Shown here: piece after piece, positions 28,601 through 43,600 of the stretch | How the letters are laid out: each line of letters starts with the position of its first letter | Position numbering within the stretch: the first letter of the stretch is position 1 | Source of the DNA: Amoebophrya sp. A120 | Taxonomy: Eukaryota; Protista; Dinoflagellata | NCBI GenBank assembly: GCA_905178155.1 | Contig: CAJINV010000010.1 | Location: 932,425-996,424, forward strand | DNA length: 64,000 nucleotides | Direction of reading: 5' to 3' | Program-made: the position numbers and the translations under genes | Notes under the pieces: model-generated | Told to the model about the DNA's origin: nothing | The model's database searches: none | Seen by the model: only the letters and a program-made list of their open reading frames with translations

Positions 28601-31600
28601 TACTTTTGCTAAATCGCTTATATTTCCGTTCTGTTTTTCTAAGTTCGGCGCATGCGCATTTTGGTTTGTTCGCTGCATCAGGCCACGACAGAGCAGGCGT
28701 TTTCGTTTTCGAAACATCGATTATACCACCACCTTGCATTATTTTCATAAAAAAAAATCTGTCAGGTTCGAACTCCTGCAAATCTTCAAGATGAAGGACA
28801 AGACGACAGGGCAGGAGAAAACGATGGAGTCGCTTTTCTACAGCGAGACCCTTGTCCACAGTGCACGCGTGTGTGGCCACAAGACCAAAGCGAAGGTCGA
28901 TGAAGTTTCAACCTGGAAGCTGACTTTTGCAGAGGAGGTGAATCGAAAGAGGGCACGGCTTGCAGGTATCTATGTGACTTTTTGCTGCTTTTCCATCCAT
29001 GAAAGTCCTGATAGTGTCGTCTTTGAAAATTTGGACCTGGACGTGGAAACTACTCATGAATCGTGCTTAGTTTGATAATATGTCGCTGCGGATGACCTTT
29101 TTCAGTAATTTTGAATCAAAGTAGCATGCACCTCAAAATCAAAACAGAGGAAGAGGCCAAACTGCCCGAGGCGCAAAAGCCTGCAACCCGGGGAAGTAAA
29201 GCCGCAAACAAAAATCGCGGCGTTGGTGGGGCCGACGCAGTGCGGCTTGAGGAGCTTCTGGACTCGCATTTCCAGAGCGAAAAGATGATTGGGGACAACG
29301 CTTTGGAATGCGATCAATGCACTGCTGAAAATAATGGCCAGAAGGTGAAACAGGACGTAGTGCGCACTCTGAAGATCGGTAAACTGTCGCCCTACATCAA
29401 CATGGAGCTGATCCGCTACACCTTCGACCCGGTCACGCTCAACCGCATCAAATCCCAGGACCCGCTGAATTTTCCCGTGAAGAACTTGGATTTCACAAAA
29501 TACTTCGCAACGGAGGAGGAGCTGCAGGACATGCAGTATACAACCTGTACCACAGCAACAGCCAGCAGCCAAATCCCTGCATCTTCCTCAAACATCGCGG
29601 CCAGCAGCCCTGTATCAAATGTAAAAATGTCTGGGTCTGGAAGCGAGCAACTTGTGATGCTACCTTTGGACTCTACATAAAATCTGTATTGCATGAACAG
29701 CAAAAGAGTTGTAATTTGTGCTACTTACGCGGAAAGGGCATTTCTCATGCGGTATGAGCATCAGAAAGCCCTCGCAAAATCTCTGATGCTAGGGCATGCA
29801 TCACAGACCTCATGGGTCATGCAAAATCTGCATGACAAACTCCTGCATTCTTCCAGACCCAGACATTTTTGCAATCCATACCCTGGTGCGGTGGACCACC
29901 AACATCCGAAGTCGCAAGGAAAGTCTACCAGTCAGGTATTGTGAGGAAAAATCCCCGTTCCCCATATCAAAACGAAATTTCTGATGCTGGATTTGTGAAC
30001 ACAAATTCGAGCTGTCTTGCTGGAGAGCACTGAAGGCCCATATCAAGTGCGAGTAGCGAGGTTTTGGCTTAGGCACTTAGCATGAAAAACATCCGCGCGG
30101 TAGGCCCAACAGCATGACAAACCGTCTGCGCAATGCGGCGGAGCCTGCGGAATTCCCTCCTTGCAAGACAGACACGATTTGTGACCACAAATCAGCATCA
30201 CAAATTTCCAAAAATGTACCTTTTCCATATGGGGAGGGGGGATTTTTCCTTGCAATATCAGGACGGAGACCAGGACGGAGATCCGCAGATCAGACAGCGG
30301 GACAAGGAGGCCGACCGCCGCGCGAGTGGAAATGGCCATGCGCAAAGACCATCGGGTTGTTCCGCTGGCGGTTTGGATGCGATGAAGAGCAGAACGAAAA
30401 TGAAAAATCCGGCGCCAACATGTGGTCGTGGCCACAACGGGATAATTGGCAGTAGCAGTTCTTCGTCTTCTTCTGCGGCGCAAGGAGGCGGCCCGCCTTC
30501 TGCCGCGAGCAGTACTTCTAGCAGCAGACACCTTTACGACTTGGTCGGAATGCTGATGCATTTGGGTGGCAGTGCAGGTTCCGGGCACTACACGGCGACG
30601 CTGCTGATTGACCGGAAGATGCTCGGGTCGGAAGTGCTGACCAATCCTGTCTGCAGTGAGGTGCCACCAGCGGTACCTGCGGACCACGACTCGGAAGTTC
30701 ATCTGCAGGGAGTACAGCTAGATTGCTCTCCCGCGGGACGAGCAGACTCGAGTAAAAAAGACCCGGTAGTTCCTGTGAATGGAACCACGACCGCGACTCC
30801 TGGTCCCCCTACGGAAGAAGTGGTCACCAATTGTTCTAGCAAGTCAAAGATGAAAAAGGGAACAATAAACAAACGAAGTAAAAAGCTGAGCGAGAACCAC
30901 GAGGCGTCTTCCAAATCACCAGTCCGTGCAGCTCCCATATGAAATGCAAATATGTCTGGGTCTGGGAGATTGCTAGATTTGTCGTGCTAGTCTGGCATGA
31001 CTCAAGAATCTGTGATGCAAGGGCGCGAAGCGGTCCTCTTACCTATCATGCAAAAACGCAGTTTGCCATGCGCAACGTGCAACAACAACACATAGGAGCC
31101 CGAAAATTTGTCATGCTTGGCTGCGTATTGCAGTAGAACTCTCATTCACTATTTTGCATTATAAGTTTCCAGACTCAGACATATTTGCAATGTATATCCC
31201 AAAGTGCCAATCAACTACGAGCCGGACATGCAGTGGTATACGTTTAACGACGACGAGGTCACGGAGTTTGATGGGAAAACGTTCGAGCCGCCCGAACCTG
31301 CCGTCGGGCCAACTCCGCGACCGCCGGTCGTGGTAGAAGATGTCGCGGAGGAGGAGGCAGAGGCCAACCCGTCTCCTGGGCGGCAAGGTATACTTGCTTT
31401 CTCCTGTAGTGTATTCACAAAAATGCTGTTTCAAAATAAATACCGTATCAAAATAAATACAGTGATCCAAATTTGTAATAGCTCTTTTGTGAACCGGACG
31501 TGCCCACCGCACTGCCCGCAGTTTTGTTTATGCTTCGCGCTGAACAATCTCGGGGTCCATCGCATTAGAGGCCTGGCGGGCCATTGTGGCCGCGGCTTGG

Positions 31601-34600
31601 GCTTGCTCCGTCATGCCTCAACCTGCCTTCAAGGCGGGCCAAGCATGTCGTCTCCACGCCTGGAGCATGCAGTCAGTGGTCAACGCACGTTGCTAGTCGC
31701 AACTGCGTTGTGGGACGCCGGAACTGCAAGTAGCAGTACGGCGCCCCTGGCGGCCTCGTCCGGTTCCCAAACCGGGCGTGGGAAAAAACGCCAAAGTGGG
31801 GGTACCTTAGTACCCCTGGAGCGGGAGGCCCGTAAACGGGTCCCGACCCGGGTAGATCCTCGTGCAGGCCCCGACCTGCCGAGAAGAATCCCCGGAAGTG
31901 CCCGACTGGCACAGGACGTGTGGAAGTCCAACGTAGGCGTCTGACAAACGCCGGCAAAGGCTGACGGGGTCCTCCCTCCCCTCACCTGCGCCACTTAGGG
32001 TGAGCACAGCTCCCCGAAACCCCATTCCAGTGAGCCCCTACCCGCTCACACCGAGGCGTCTCTCCCTGTTGGAAGGGGAGGGGGCCTCAATGTCACTAGA
32101 GTCACGCACTTGGGTTAATCTCAAAACTGCTTCGCGCAACCAGGCGCGTGACTCAAAATCTCCACGTGTAAAAGCGCCCGGGCGCCGTGCGCCGCACGAA
32201 AAAACGGCAAGGTAACGTGGGGCATCACGCCCCACGGTGTGTGCCGCTCGCAAGAGCGGTTGTGTCTCCCCTCCGCGTAGGAGAGAAGCGTGGCGTCGAC
32301 AGGCACCACGCAACACGCGCGCGTGTGCCTCGAGCCACCAGCACACGTGTGCCTCGAAATCGCCACGCAGTGCGAGGTCACGCGCGCGCGTGCACCTCGA
32401 AACCCTAGCCGCGATGCGGCAAGGGAACGGACTACGAGATGCAGCCGCACCGTAGTAGCCGCGTGTTCGTTTATGGTTGAAAATCGATCGACAGGACGCT
32501 GCGCAACGCGATTCGCTGCCTCAATGTCGGTCGTCGCAAGGAAACTGTCGGTCGAGAGTTGGATGAGAATGAACTTCCGTACCTCAGAGACCGTTGCGCG
32601 ATACGTACGCGAGCCGTAAAGCCGCAAGGACCTCGACATGAATGGAGTGCGAAAATCGTACAACAAACGCACGTTCAAAAAATCGTGGGCAGTACAACCC
32701 ACGCCGATCCCTAGCATTAAGGAACGTCGTCCAGTAGATACTGATCGATCGTCGAACGACCATAGACACAAACCGCAGGCAAATAAAATTCACACAGGGC
32801 AGGAGCTTAAAGTACATTGCAAACCCACGCAGTAGCTAGCACTAGGACACTCTAGAGCGCGATAGTTTACACCAATTGCAGCAATTAAGCACACTACCCA
32901 GTAAGAGACTTTTGCTTACCCCTAGCGAACAAAGCAAGTGCAACCCCACAGCACAAAACAAACCCCAATGGCGCAAGCGTACACCTTCGGAGGCGGGTCC
33001 CCCGACCCGCTGAAACTTCAACTGGAGGTGCACCCGGACCTCTTCGAGGACACGCTAAAAGCGCGAGTGGCGGCAGCATCTGCGGGATGCGACCCAGAGC
33101 ACCTGGACGCTCGCTGGAAGCAGGCTCTGGCCACGAGTACAGGGCTAGACTGCATCGTCTCCGGCCTGGAGAGTGGCGAATTCCTGGAAATCGACTTGTG
33201 GGAAAACGCGCCGCACGCGCAGCTGCCGCTGTCGGAGCACACAGTCGCGCACTATGTGCGATCCATCGTGGCCCTCACGTTGGTATACGAAAAGTACAAC
33301 TCCGTCGAGTTCGACCGTTTACCCTCGGAAAAGCTCAGGAAGATGGCGGTTATGTACGGCCTACAATCCGGCGGGAACAAAGCTGCGAGGCTGAACACCC
33401 TCCAGCTCGCCGCAGAACAAGACCACTTGTACCAGTTCCCGCTGCCACTCTGCCCAGTCGTCACGGACGGCCTGACCATCCACGACATCACCGAAACGTC
33501 GCTCCAGGTGGACGGGACCCCGGTCCTCGGACAAGCGGCGGGACCCGCCCTGCACCCCATTGTCTACCCGAATGGAGATAACGCCGCGGCGTATCAGGCG
33601 ATCCAACAGGCGGCAGCAGCTGCAGTAGCGGCGCAACAACAGGCGGCAGCTGCAGCAGCGGCGCAACAGCAAGCAGCAGCTGCAGCAGCAGCGCAACAGC
33701 AGGCAGCGGCCGCACAACAGGCGGTGCAACAGCCCGCGGCGGCACAGGGCCCAGGACAGCAAGCAGCAGGTACAAGTACCCTGCTTCTAGAGGCCTGCCA
33801 CTCTCTCGGTCGAGGCAGGCTGGCCTTACAGTAAAACGCTGCAACTCTCTGGGAAAGTTGCAGGGATCGCAGCGCGCGCGCTGCTGCTAGCTATGCACAC
33901 AAAAGCGTCACCACGTATGCCTGCAATATGTCAACCCACAAAACTCACAGGTGGAGCCGCACAAGGTGCGGCAGGCGGGGCACCACCGCCCCCAGCGGCA
34001 CAAGCGCAAGTCATGGGAGCAGCGGCGGCTGCGGGACCCCCAGGCGGAGCAGCACAGGCACAAGCCGGAGGCGTAGGTAACAGCTAACGCTTCTTCGCGT
34101 AGCTAGCCATACGGTCGCTTTCATAGCCATGACATAGCCCCTAGCTAACGTATGACTAACAGCAATACAAACAACACACAGGTGCGCAAGCGCAGCAAGC
34201 AGGAGCGGCTCAGGCAGGAGCAGCAGGAGCACCCGCTGCCGCAGTCCAGGCAGCCGCGGCGGCCGGAGCAGGTATCTTGCTTGTCGTCGCCACAAAGGCG
34301 TCCTGCATGCCCTAAATCACCTAAAGTTCGCTTGTTGAGCACGCCTTCCCTGGAAAGGTGTTGACAGTACGCGAATAGAGGCAGGAGCAAACGCGTCCCG
34401 CGCTCTGAAATTGTGTCTCGCAATTATGAAACTAACCCAACACGACCACAGGAGCGGGACAACAGCAAGGGCCACAGGCACAACAGGCGCAAAACCCGGC
34501 GCAGCAGGCACAAGCTGGGGGAGCAGCAGGTACAGCCTCCACAAGTCTGTCTTTGCCCTTCTGCGTCTTTCAGAACTCTAGACCCGCCTAGAACACTAGA

Positions 34601-37600
34601 AGCGAAGACCCCCGCAAACATGTACTTTTGTGGGAATTCGAGCGGGGTTCCAGACCTGCCAAACCAAATCAAATCCCAAACACTCAAACCACAGGAGCGA
34701 ACGCCGCGGGACAACAAGGACAGCAGGCCCAGCCACCGCAGGCAGGTGCGCAAGCAGGTATAAAGCTACCTAGTGTTGCGCATAGTTCATGCCTCGAGAT
34801 CAATGCACGTATGAGCATGCCCTTGTTGAAGCTCCGTCGCGCCCATAGCGACCCACCACCAACTGCCAACAACCTAATAAAAATAACACACAGGTAACCT
34901 ACCCATCCCGCCAGCAGCGGCCGCGGCTGCGGGGGCACAGTTACTAATTGCAGGGCTACAACAGCAACCTCCACCGCAGCAGGCGCAGCTGGGAGCGCAA
35001 CAAGCTGGACAACAACAGGTCGTGCAACAGCAGCAAGCCCCCGGACAACAACAAGCCGGGGCGCAGCAGGGTGGACAGCAACAGCTAGCTGGACAACAGC
35101 AGGTCGCGCAACAGCAACAAGCTCCAGGACAGCAACAAGCTGGGGCACAGCAGGGTGGACAACAACAGCCACCCCCGGCCGGACAGCAAAACCAAGGTGG
35201 ACAGGCCCAGCAGCCACTGCTGCCGCCCGTGGGACAGCAGGCCCAGGCGCAGGGACAGCAGAACCAAGGTGGACAAGTCCAACAGCAGCTGCAGCCCCCC
35301 GCGGCGCAGCAGAACCAGGGACAGCAGAACCAGGCTGCCGGGGCACAGCAACAATACGTCGTGATCAACGGCACGGCATACCCGGTCGCGCAACAACCGC
35401 ATCAACCGCAGCGGCAACAGCAACAGGGAGTTCAGCAGTACGCAGTAGCGCACGCTCCACAGCAACAAGGGCTACCCCTGCCGAGGGTTGGAGGAACGCA
35501 ACCTCCGCTCCCACCGCCACAGCAGCAACGGCAGGCGCAAGCACAGGCAAACGTCTACGGTGCGTTCAACACAGGAGGGGCGCAGAACGCTGGCACCGGG
35601 GGAGTCCACAACTTCGAACGGTACGCGGCAACAGCCCCGCCGCCGACTAGCAACGCGCGAACCGACATGCACAACTTCCAAAATTGGAGCGAAGACGAGC
35701 GGGCTCTGTACTTCGACACTATGGTAAAACGGGCAACGGGAACCCAAACGGGCGTACAACTGCCGGAGGAGCCCATCCTGCAACCCGTCAACGCCCACTG
35801 GCACATGCGGGATGAAACGCTAAAACCTCTGCCACGCAACCGTAGGCCGGACGATGACGCCGGGGCCGACCCCGGTTACTGGGTCATCACCAGCCAGAAT
35901 AGACCGGTGAACTTGGAGTGCTTCCCGCTGGTCTGGATGTCCAGCCAGTACAAGAGACCGCAGTCGCTTCCGAGGGTGAGAGCGAAAAACGCCGACGGTA
36001 CGTATACCAACGGCAAACCGTGGAACGAAGGCAGAGTGTACGAAGTAGAGTACATCTCGGACTTGCGAGATTTGTTGGTGTGCCACAACGCAACCGGTGC
36101 ACAGGTGCAGGTGAACATGCAGAACATCACCTACATGTCGGAACACCTTTGGGTGGATACCGATACGGTATTGTACGAATACCTCAGCAAGTTGGATCCG
36201 GAAGCAAGGCGGGAAGCCAAAATGGCTGTCCTCTGGGCGATGGCGCTCGGAATCAGGGACGAGCTCCAGCTGGTCTTGCGGGCCCTCCAGGAGGAAGAAA
36301 GCCTCACCACTAAGGGGGTACACAACAAGGACACCCTGTACAAAAACACCCCGAAGCACTGGAACGGCGTCTCCTCGGACCTGGAATGGTACATCAAGAA
36401 TGGCAAGACAATCGGCATCACTGAAGGGCAGGCGAAGTCCCTCGTCTACGAGATGCGCCGCATCATCGACAAAAAGATGACGACCGCCACCCCCAACATC
36501 ACGCAGACGGACATCGAGCACGTACAAATCGGCCACATCTATGCCTTTTGGCAAAGATGCGTTGATGGAAATTTCGAAGTCAACGGGGTACAAAGCGCCC
36601 ACCTCCCGAAAGGGGCTAACTTTGTGGCGTCCTCCAGCCGAGCGGAGAAATTCCACCACGTGTGCATTGTCGCCACGGTGCTCAACATGTACGACACAGT
36701 CGCGGGCGCTACCGCCGACCTGACCGGACTACGGGACACCATAAACATCAAGTCGGATTATGAGTTTCAGATCCAGACTTTACCAACCGTCATCTACTCG
36801 TTAGCGTCGAAGCAGCCACCGAACAAGTCGCTGAACTTGGGACTGTCCGAGGGCCAAGGTGGCAACACCAGGACTTTCAAGTACGTGGTAGAAAAGGTCG
36901 CCACGGGTCGCTGCGCCGAGATCATCAAGACGAGACAGTTCTACTTCGCCTCGAACGGGCTCGGGGACGCCAATCCGAATCCGGACAACCTCACTAGAGC
37001 GCAGAAACGCGCGGCAACGCGCCGAGGCGAGGAGGTGGGTAATCCGCACCTGAAGCACCAACGCAAGGCGTCCAGCAGCGACGAACCGATGTTCTCCAAA
37101 AGCCCCACCTTCGACCTGCCCAAGCAGGCCGGCAGCTCCTCCTGGACGAAGAACACAAACCAGTCCAAGATGGGGAAGCTCGACATCACCACCGCCAAAT
37201 ACAAGAGCGACTGGAACGCCAAAGACCCGTACTTCCAACGTAAAATGAGCGCCCAAAAGTCAGTCATCCACGCGGGAAAAATGGCGATGGTCTGCTCGGC
37301 CGCCGGCCTGGTGGAAGAGCCGGGTATCGCGGCCTTGAACTGGCCGCATAGCGTGTGCCGGGATTTCCATATGCAAGGATCCTCCTGCAACGGCGGTTGC
37401 AGAAAGTGGCACGACATTCCCGAAGAGTACAGGACGGACACGCAGTCCTGGTGGCACATCTTGAACATCCAAAGCGCCATGGCCAACAACAACTCCAAGA
37501 ACCTTCAGCAGCTCCAGCCCTGCCTCCCCATGTCACCACCCGGGAACGGCGGGAAAGGCGGACAAGGAAAAGGCAAGGGAGGAAAAGGCAAGGGCAAGAA

Positions 37601-40600
37601 AGGCAAGGGCAAGAAGGGCAAGGATAAGCAGGGGAAAGCGGCTGAAAACGAAGACTGAAGTACTAGTATGGCCACCCGCGGCAGCGGAGACGTCAGGGAC
37701 TAAATAAATAGTCAACTAGAGCTAAAAATACCACGAGCCACATAACACCACACGTACAAACAAAACTCGCCACCAATTTTGAAAATGCACGCACGTCAAA
37801 TCTGAGCACGATAAGGTAGCGCCACTTCTGAACGAGATAGCAAGTCGCGACCCTCTAACGGAACAGCTACGAACTAAGCTAGGGATCGGAAAGAGTATGG
37901 CGTCGCTCCAAAAAATGGCGTCGGGGAGTTCCGTGCAGCACGAACCACTCAAGGTGTGGAAGTTTCCAAAATTGAGCATGCGTGCGGAACATGAGTCTCG
38001 CCCAGCAAGTAGCAAGGATGAGATCCCCAGAATAGAAATCGCGTGCGTACATAGATCGAAAAGCGTACAGACATAAATCGGATGAACGACCGCAACGTAC
38101 AAAATCGGAAGAGCATGCGAGTAGACATGAATAGGTCGGAGGTCGTGTGTGAGCAATAGCATGGAATTAGAAGGAGTAGTTTACGTAGTCGCGTAGTGCC
38201 CGCACCATGTTAACATCGGAAAAGAGTCTGCGTCCACAGAGCTCGTTGGAGGTCTGCGTCCACAATGAGGAACAACAGAGCCGCCACGTCATGCGCGCCC
38301 ACCTGCGGGGCGCGCGCGTGTACGAAACCTGGGCCGACGAAACTATGTCGTGCCTCAAGCCGACCTACTACAAGGTCAACCCAGATGGAACCATCACCGC
38401 CACGGAGCGGTACTTCAAAAAGCTAAATGTCGAGAGGCCGCCTGAGGGACAGGAGCGGACTTCCGACAAGCCCCTCTTCCCGGTCATCTCGGCCCAGAAA
38501 GTAGGGGACGCAAGCGCAGTCCTGCAGGCGTGGGACTACCTTGAAGACGCCCAGCGGACAGCTCACCCCTACTTCGCGGACGAGATGAGTCTACAGCGCA
38601 ATAGCGATCAACGCACGTTGCAGGATGGAAGTTGGGGCAAAGAGGAACTACAGCGGTCGGTGCTGGCGCACGTCGAACTCTACAAGCAAGTAGGGTTCGG
38701 CACAGCGGGAGCCATCGGGACACTGCTGCAGGCGGCGGAAACCGCCGACCTCATGGACGCCTATGAAAACGGCGACGACCCCCATGTAAAATCGCCAAAT
38801 AGCTGGACAGACTCGGATAGGGAGGATCGCTTCACGCGGCTCCCTTGGCAGGAGTACCCCCACCCCCCACGCAACTGGGACGGCAAGTTCCGCGGGGAAA
38901 TATGCGACCCAGATAGCAACGATCTGTGGACGCAGCACTCGGGCCACATGCACATCCGAGATCAGGTCTTCCACCGTCGTGCCCGCCTAGGCTGGCAAGC
39001 ATAAATCACAATACCAAATCACAGGACTGACTAGCATCTTACCTCACGAGTAGAGCACCCGTTAGATGTAAGACCCCGCAACATACGCACGACATCAGCA
39101 AGAGCAACTAATTAGACAACTAAGAGGACCGCCCAAACTCAACATGGCGCCAAAAAAGAAGCACAAGAAAAACGCGGGCGACCAGCAGGACGGGACCCAA
39201 GGCCGCTCCCATGGAGGCGGGTCTAGTGCCGGACACAAACACGTAATCCGCTACAAAGAACCGGCGGCAGGGTTCATAGGACCGGAAACATACCAGGACT
39301 ACGACTTGGAACGCATGTACTCATGCACGCAAATAGACGGGCTAGTCTTCGAGATGTTCCCGGAGGGGTTCTGTCGCTATCTGCCGCCCCATCATTACAA
39401 AGTCCTCCCAGATGGAACGATAGAGGCGACCAGAGCCTACATGAAAGCAAGAGGCATTCACATGGGCACCACCCGCAGCAACCGCCCGCGCCGTCGCTAC
39501 AGCGGGGTGGCCCTGTTCCCGCCCGAGCTCCGAGCCTTCGATAACGACCTAGCGGCCGAGAAAGAGGGGCCACAGCTGAACCTCCTCACGGTATAGGACT
39601 CGAGCTCTCCGCTAACTGTGCCAAAAGTGTTACTCCAATAGCATGCTAGAAAAGTCACTCCATGGACCGTGCGTATGCTGATAAACTAACAAAACAACTA
39701 AAACACAGGCTACGCACGTTAGGAAGATCCACCAGCAATTTGGTCGGCACAGCTACCAGGCGGAGCGCCGTCGCGTCGGCTTCCTTCGGGCCCAGAGAGA
39801 CGCGGTCCATGAAGCCTACAAGAAAACGCCGCGGGCACGCTACTACCACGACTACAGCTCAGACCCCAACACCGGAAGGCACTGGGGTCCCAAACCCACG
39901 GCGCTGGACATCGAAAACGTGCACAAGGAGCAGTTCTATAAATTTCCGAACTACCACATTCGGGTGATGATGCACGAGCAGGACAAAACCGGACCACTCT
40001 TCCCGGAGGACGAGTGGTCGCAGGAAGAGCTCGCGCGCCATTTGCAGAGCCACGTGAGGGCCCTGATTAAACCCCTGCGCGACCGTAGCACCTGTGAGTC
40101 ACTCCACCCCGACAACTACCGGAACTACATGGACCCCGTGGAGTATCATGGACTGCGAGACAAGACGGGGGGCCCATGGGACAAGGGCGATGGCGCGGCC
40201 AAGGACGAGCCGCGACTCCTGCATCGAGCGTGGGCACCCACACCAAAGGAGCAGGACGCACTGGCCTCGTACCCCTCGTACGGATTTGGGCAAACGGAGC
40301 TCGAGAAGTTTAACATGCGGGTCTCCTTCAGCCCATGCGCTGAACAGGCGGGGGTCAGCTGGCAAAGCATGAGATCCCGCATCCACATCACCTGCCTAGT
40401 CACCGCGTGCCGCATGCTCGAAAAGCAACAGGGTCAGCTCGGCGACGATGAACCAATGCTCCTACCCCTGGAGTTGCACGTGTCGAAATCCCCCGAGAAG
40501 AAGCCAACCTGGGGCTTCCCGGAGGGCTACGACTGAGGTATAAGCTAGACCAAGACCTACTTAGATACTGAGCAAATCACAACTCGAGCAATAACTCGCG

Positions 40601-43600
40601 CCAAGGAGTTAACCAATGATAAGCAGAAGTCGACAACCTAAAGTAAGAACGTAACGCGGGAGCGGCACAACCATGAGACACACGCTAGGAAGTAGCTTCT
40701 GACCCGAGAAAACAGAAAGCACATACTACCCTAGTAGTGCAGAACTGCAGCTGCGCAACATGCCAGAAGCGCGCGCCCGCCTCGCCTGTTCAATCACAAA
40801 AAGAAAGCAAGTTACTGGATCCGCACAAATCTGCCTTGAAATGAGTAACGGGTCAGGATCTTTCTTAGCTAAGTTCTGGTAGAAACTCGACGCCATAAGA
40901 CCACGAAAGCACAGCAGCGCACTAGACCAGAGGCACAAGTAGCAGATAAAGCACACCCCAGCCGCGCGCTCAACACAGCACAAGTATACAACAAACCCAC
41001 AGGGAACATAGAATGGGAAATCAAGTGAGTTGCTGCATGTGCTGGGAGGAGCAGCTCTGCTGCTTCCTCGCCATATTACCAAATGGACAAAAAGTCGCTC
41101 TACCGTACGACTCTGTGTGTATCCAAAAAGATGGACGCATTCGCACGATAGGACCAGGAAACATGGTCTGGAACACGGCGGGAAACACGGAGCCGCTAGA
41201 AAGCAAGAAGCCCGTCTTCCCCGTCGCGCGCCTCCGCGCAGAGCTCCTCATCGGCACACCGGGGGGATATGCCGAAGGCCATGCCATCCCGGACGCGGAC
41301 AAAAACCAGGCAACGGCGGAGATCACACAACTCGTCCGGGAGCGCCTGGCCAATGGAGAGCAGAAAGAGCATTACACCGCATCGCAAAAGCGGAACTACG
41401 ACGAGCTCAGGTGTAAATGCTTCGCATGTGCAAAAAGCATGGATGTGCATACCCATCGCCGAGACTAAATTGCAATGCAACAAAAACCAAACAGGTGCTA
41501 CATGGCCGACAGCGTCCGCCTGTGGACTAGCGCACAAATCCACACCCGCCTCGTGCTCTACCACCGCCTCACCAAGGGTCGTGACCTCACGGAAGGAAAA
41601 TACTTCCGGCCTCACGCGTTCCTCAAGGGGCTCGAGATGCGGCTGGAGGCCAACGTTAGTGGACTGCAGCACACAAGCTTCCAGCACGCGCTCACTGGCG
41701 AAACCAACCCCCACAGCGTGTATCCCGCGGGATACTGGAAGGACACAGTGGAGCACTTCCAGTTCGTCTCGCCCGATGCGATGAAACAGTGGTGCGAACA
41801 CGCCCGCGGGACCTGGGCCGCGACGCGGGACCTGGGCCTCCACCGGCTCATGATCCGCATCAAGCGTGAGCATAGCGACCACATCGCGCAGGACGGCCTG
41901 CAGCAATGGGGACCCAGGGAACACACCGGCCTCCGCATGCTCGCCGCGGGAGAAAAGTCCGCCACGTACATCCCATCCCCGGACCCCCTCCACAGCAAAA
42001 CCCGGTGGAGGGACCACGCTGAGGGGCCACACATGCCGAACGAGGTCCCGGGCTACAACTCCCACTGCCTCGCCTGCCGGCTCATGGCTTATAACCACTG
42101 CCCGACGCCCTGTGGACGTGAGGAGTGCACACACTGTGGTCGCTGTGTGGACTGCGACCACGGCTGGGACTAGTCAGAACGGACAGCCAAATGACTAGAA
42201 AAGCCACGCACTGAGCGACCCGGTAGCCTAGCAACAGAGGTAGCAACACCAACAGAGAGCACCACTAGAAACCACACAAGTGGCCCATATATAGTAAGCA
42301 GACGGGCGAGGTCGCTAATACGGCCCCCGTAGTGGAGGCTCGCTGAGTGTTCACCCCAGTAAACCATAGCGCCCAGCACACATATGCACGCACCATAGTA
42401 AAGACTCGTTATCGGTATAACAGCCAGCACCACTAGAGAAAAGAGCACGCGTAAAAACGGAAAAACAAGATGGACGCACGGGACGCCTCCGTTATACTCC
42501 CGCCACAGGGGGTAAACCCGCGCAACATGTACAAACCACCGCAACCACGAACGGCGTCTGCGCAAATTGTCCCGACAACGCGACAGACAAACGACACCGC
42601 CCTTACGAGGACCTTCACAACACTGCAGGCGGACCTGGAGGCGCAAGCCGTACAGACGAGCACACTGAGCACCCACGCGCAACTACATGAGGCCCTGCGA
42701 AGATACATCAAGGCCACCTGGCCAAACTTCGGGGACAGCGAGCCAGCAAACCTCAAGCAAGTGGAGCTGTTTTGCCTCGACAAGGTACAAAAACAGGAGC
42801 ACAGGAGCGCCGATGTAATCTTCACCCAGCTCCTGCACTTCATGATCAACCCGCCCCTCGATGAGGATGGACGGCAGCCGGTACTGCTCCAGAACGCCCC
42901 CGCATTTGCGCCCCTGGCATTCGAGAAAGCGAGGGAGAGAGTACAGAAGGCATGCTCAGCCACGAAGTGTCCGGTCACCAAAGCCTACCCGCTGTCACTC
43001 CACACACTGCGACAGGTGGCCTTTCCGGAACGGGCAGCGCTCATGCTGTGGTATCTAGTGGGATGCAGGTCAGCAAGCATCCAGGCCATCGAGCCGGGCG
43101 ACGTCAAAATCCACACCGCGCCAGGCACAAGAGTACCCGTCAGGGTGAGCGTCTTCATCCGGTCGGATAAAGTCTGCACGGCAACATCGCGCACGGTGCT
43201 GATAGGGTGCAACTGCTTCGACGACCCCACCTGCTGTCTGCTATGCGACAAAGAACACCACGACGCAATCGACAAGCTCAAGGACAGCCACGGCAAAACC
43301 TGGCTCCCCCAGCTCGCACACTACGGCCTGGGGATCACGGAACATAGCGTGAGAAGAGCGCACGCTCTCGAAGCGAGGAGACGCATGCAAAGCGGCAAGC
43401 ATTGCAACCTAGACCAGTTCCTCCGCGATAGGGGTTGGCAGCTTCGCTCTACCTTCGCAGACTACGCGTGCGACCTCCAGGACTTCGTCCACATAAAGTT
43501 CCCGCCCATCGGCGCCACGTGGTGGCCAGCGGACCCACTGGACGACTCCACCAGCTCAAAATCCATGGTCTTCAGAGACGTCAACAAAGTCACCAATATC

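Noticed and set aside
31204-32835. ORF 31204-31944 and neighbouring ORFs as genes
   Set aside because: The first is a host exon reading through into repeat A. The others lack motifs and look like the element's 5' leader.
34684-35468. Cys-rich and Val/Ala-rich minus-strand ORFs
   Set aside because: Antisense shadows of the CAG/CAA-rich plus-strand ORF1.
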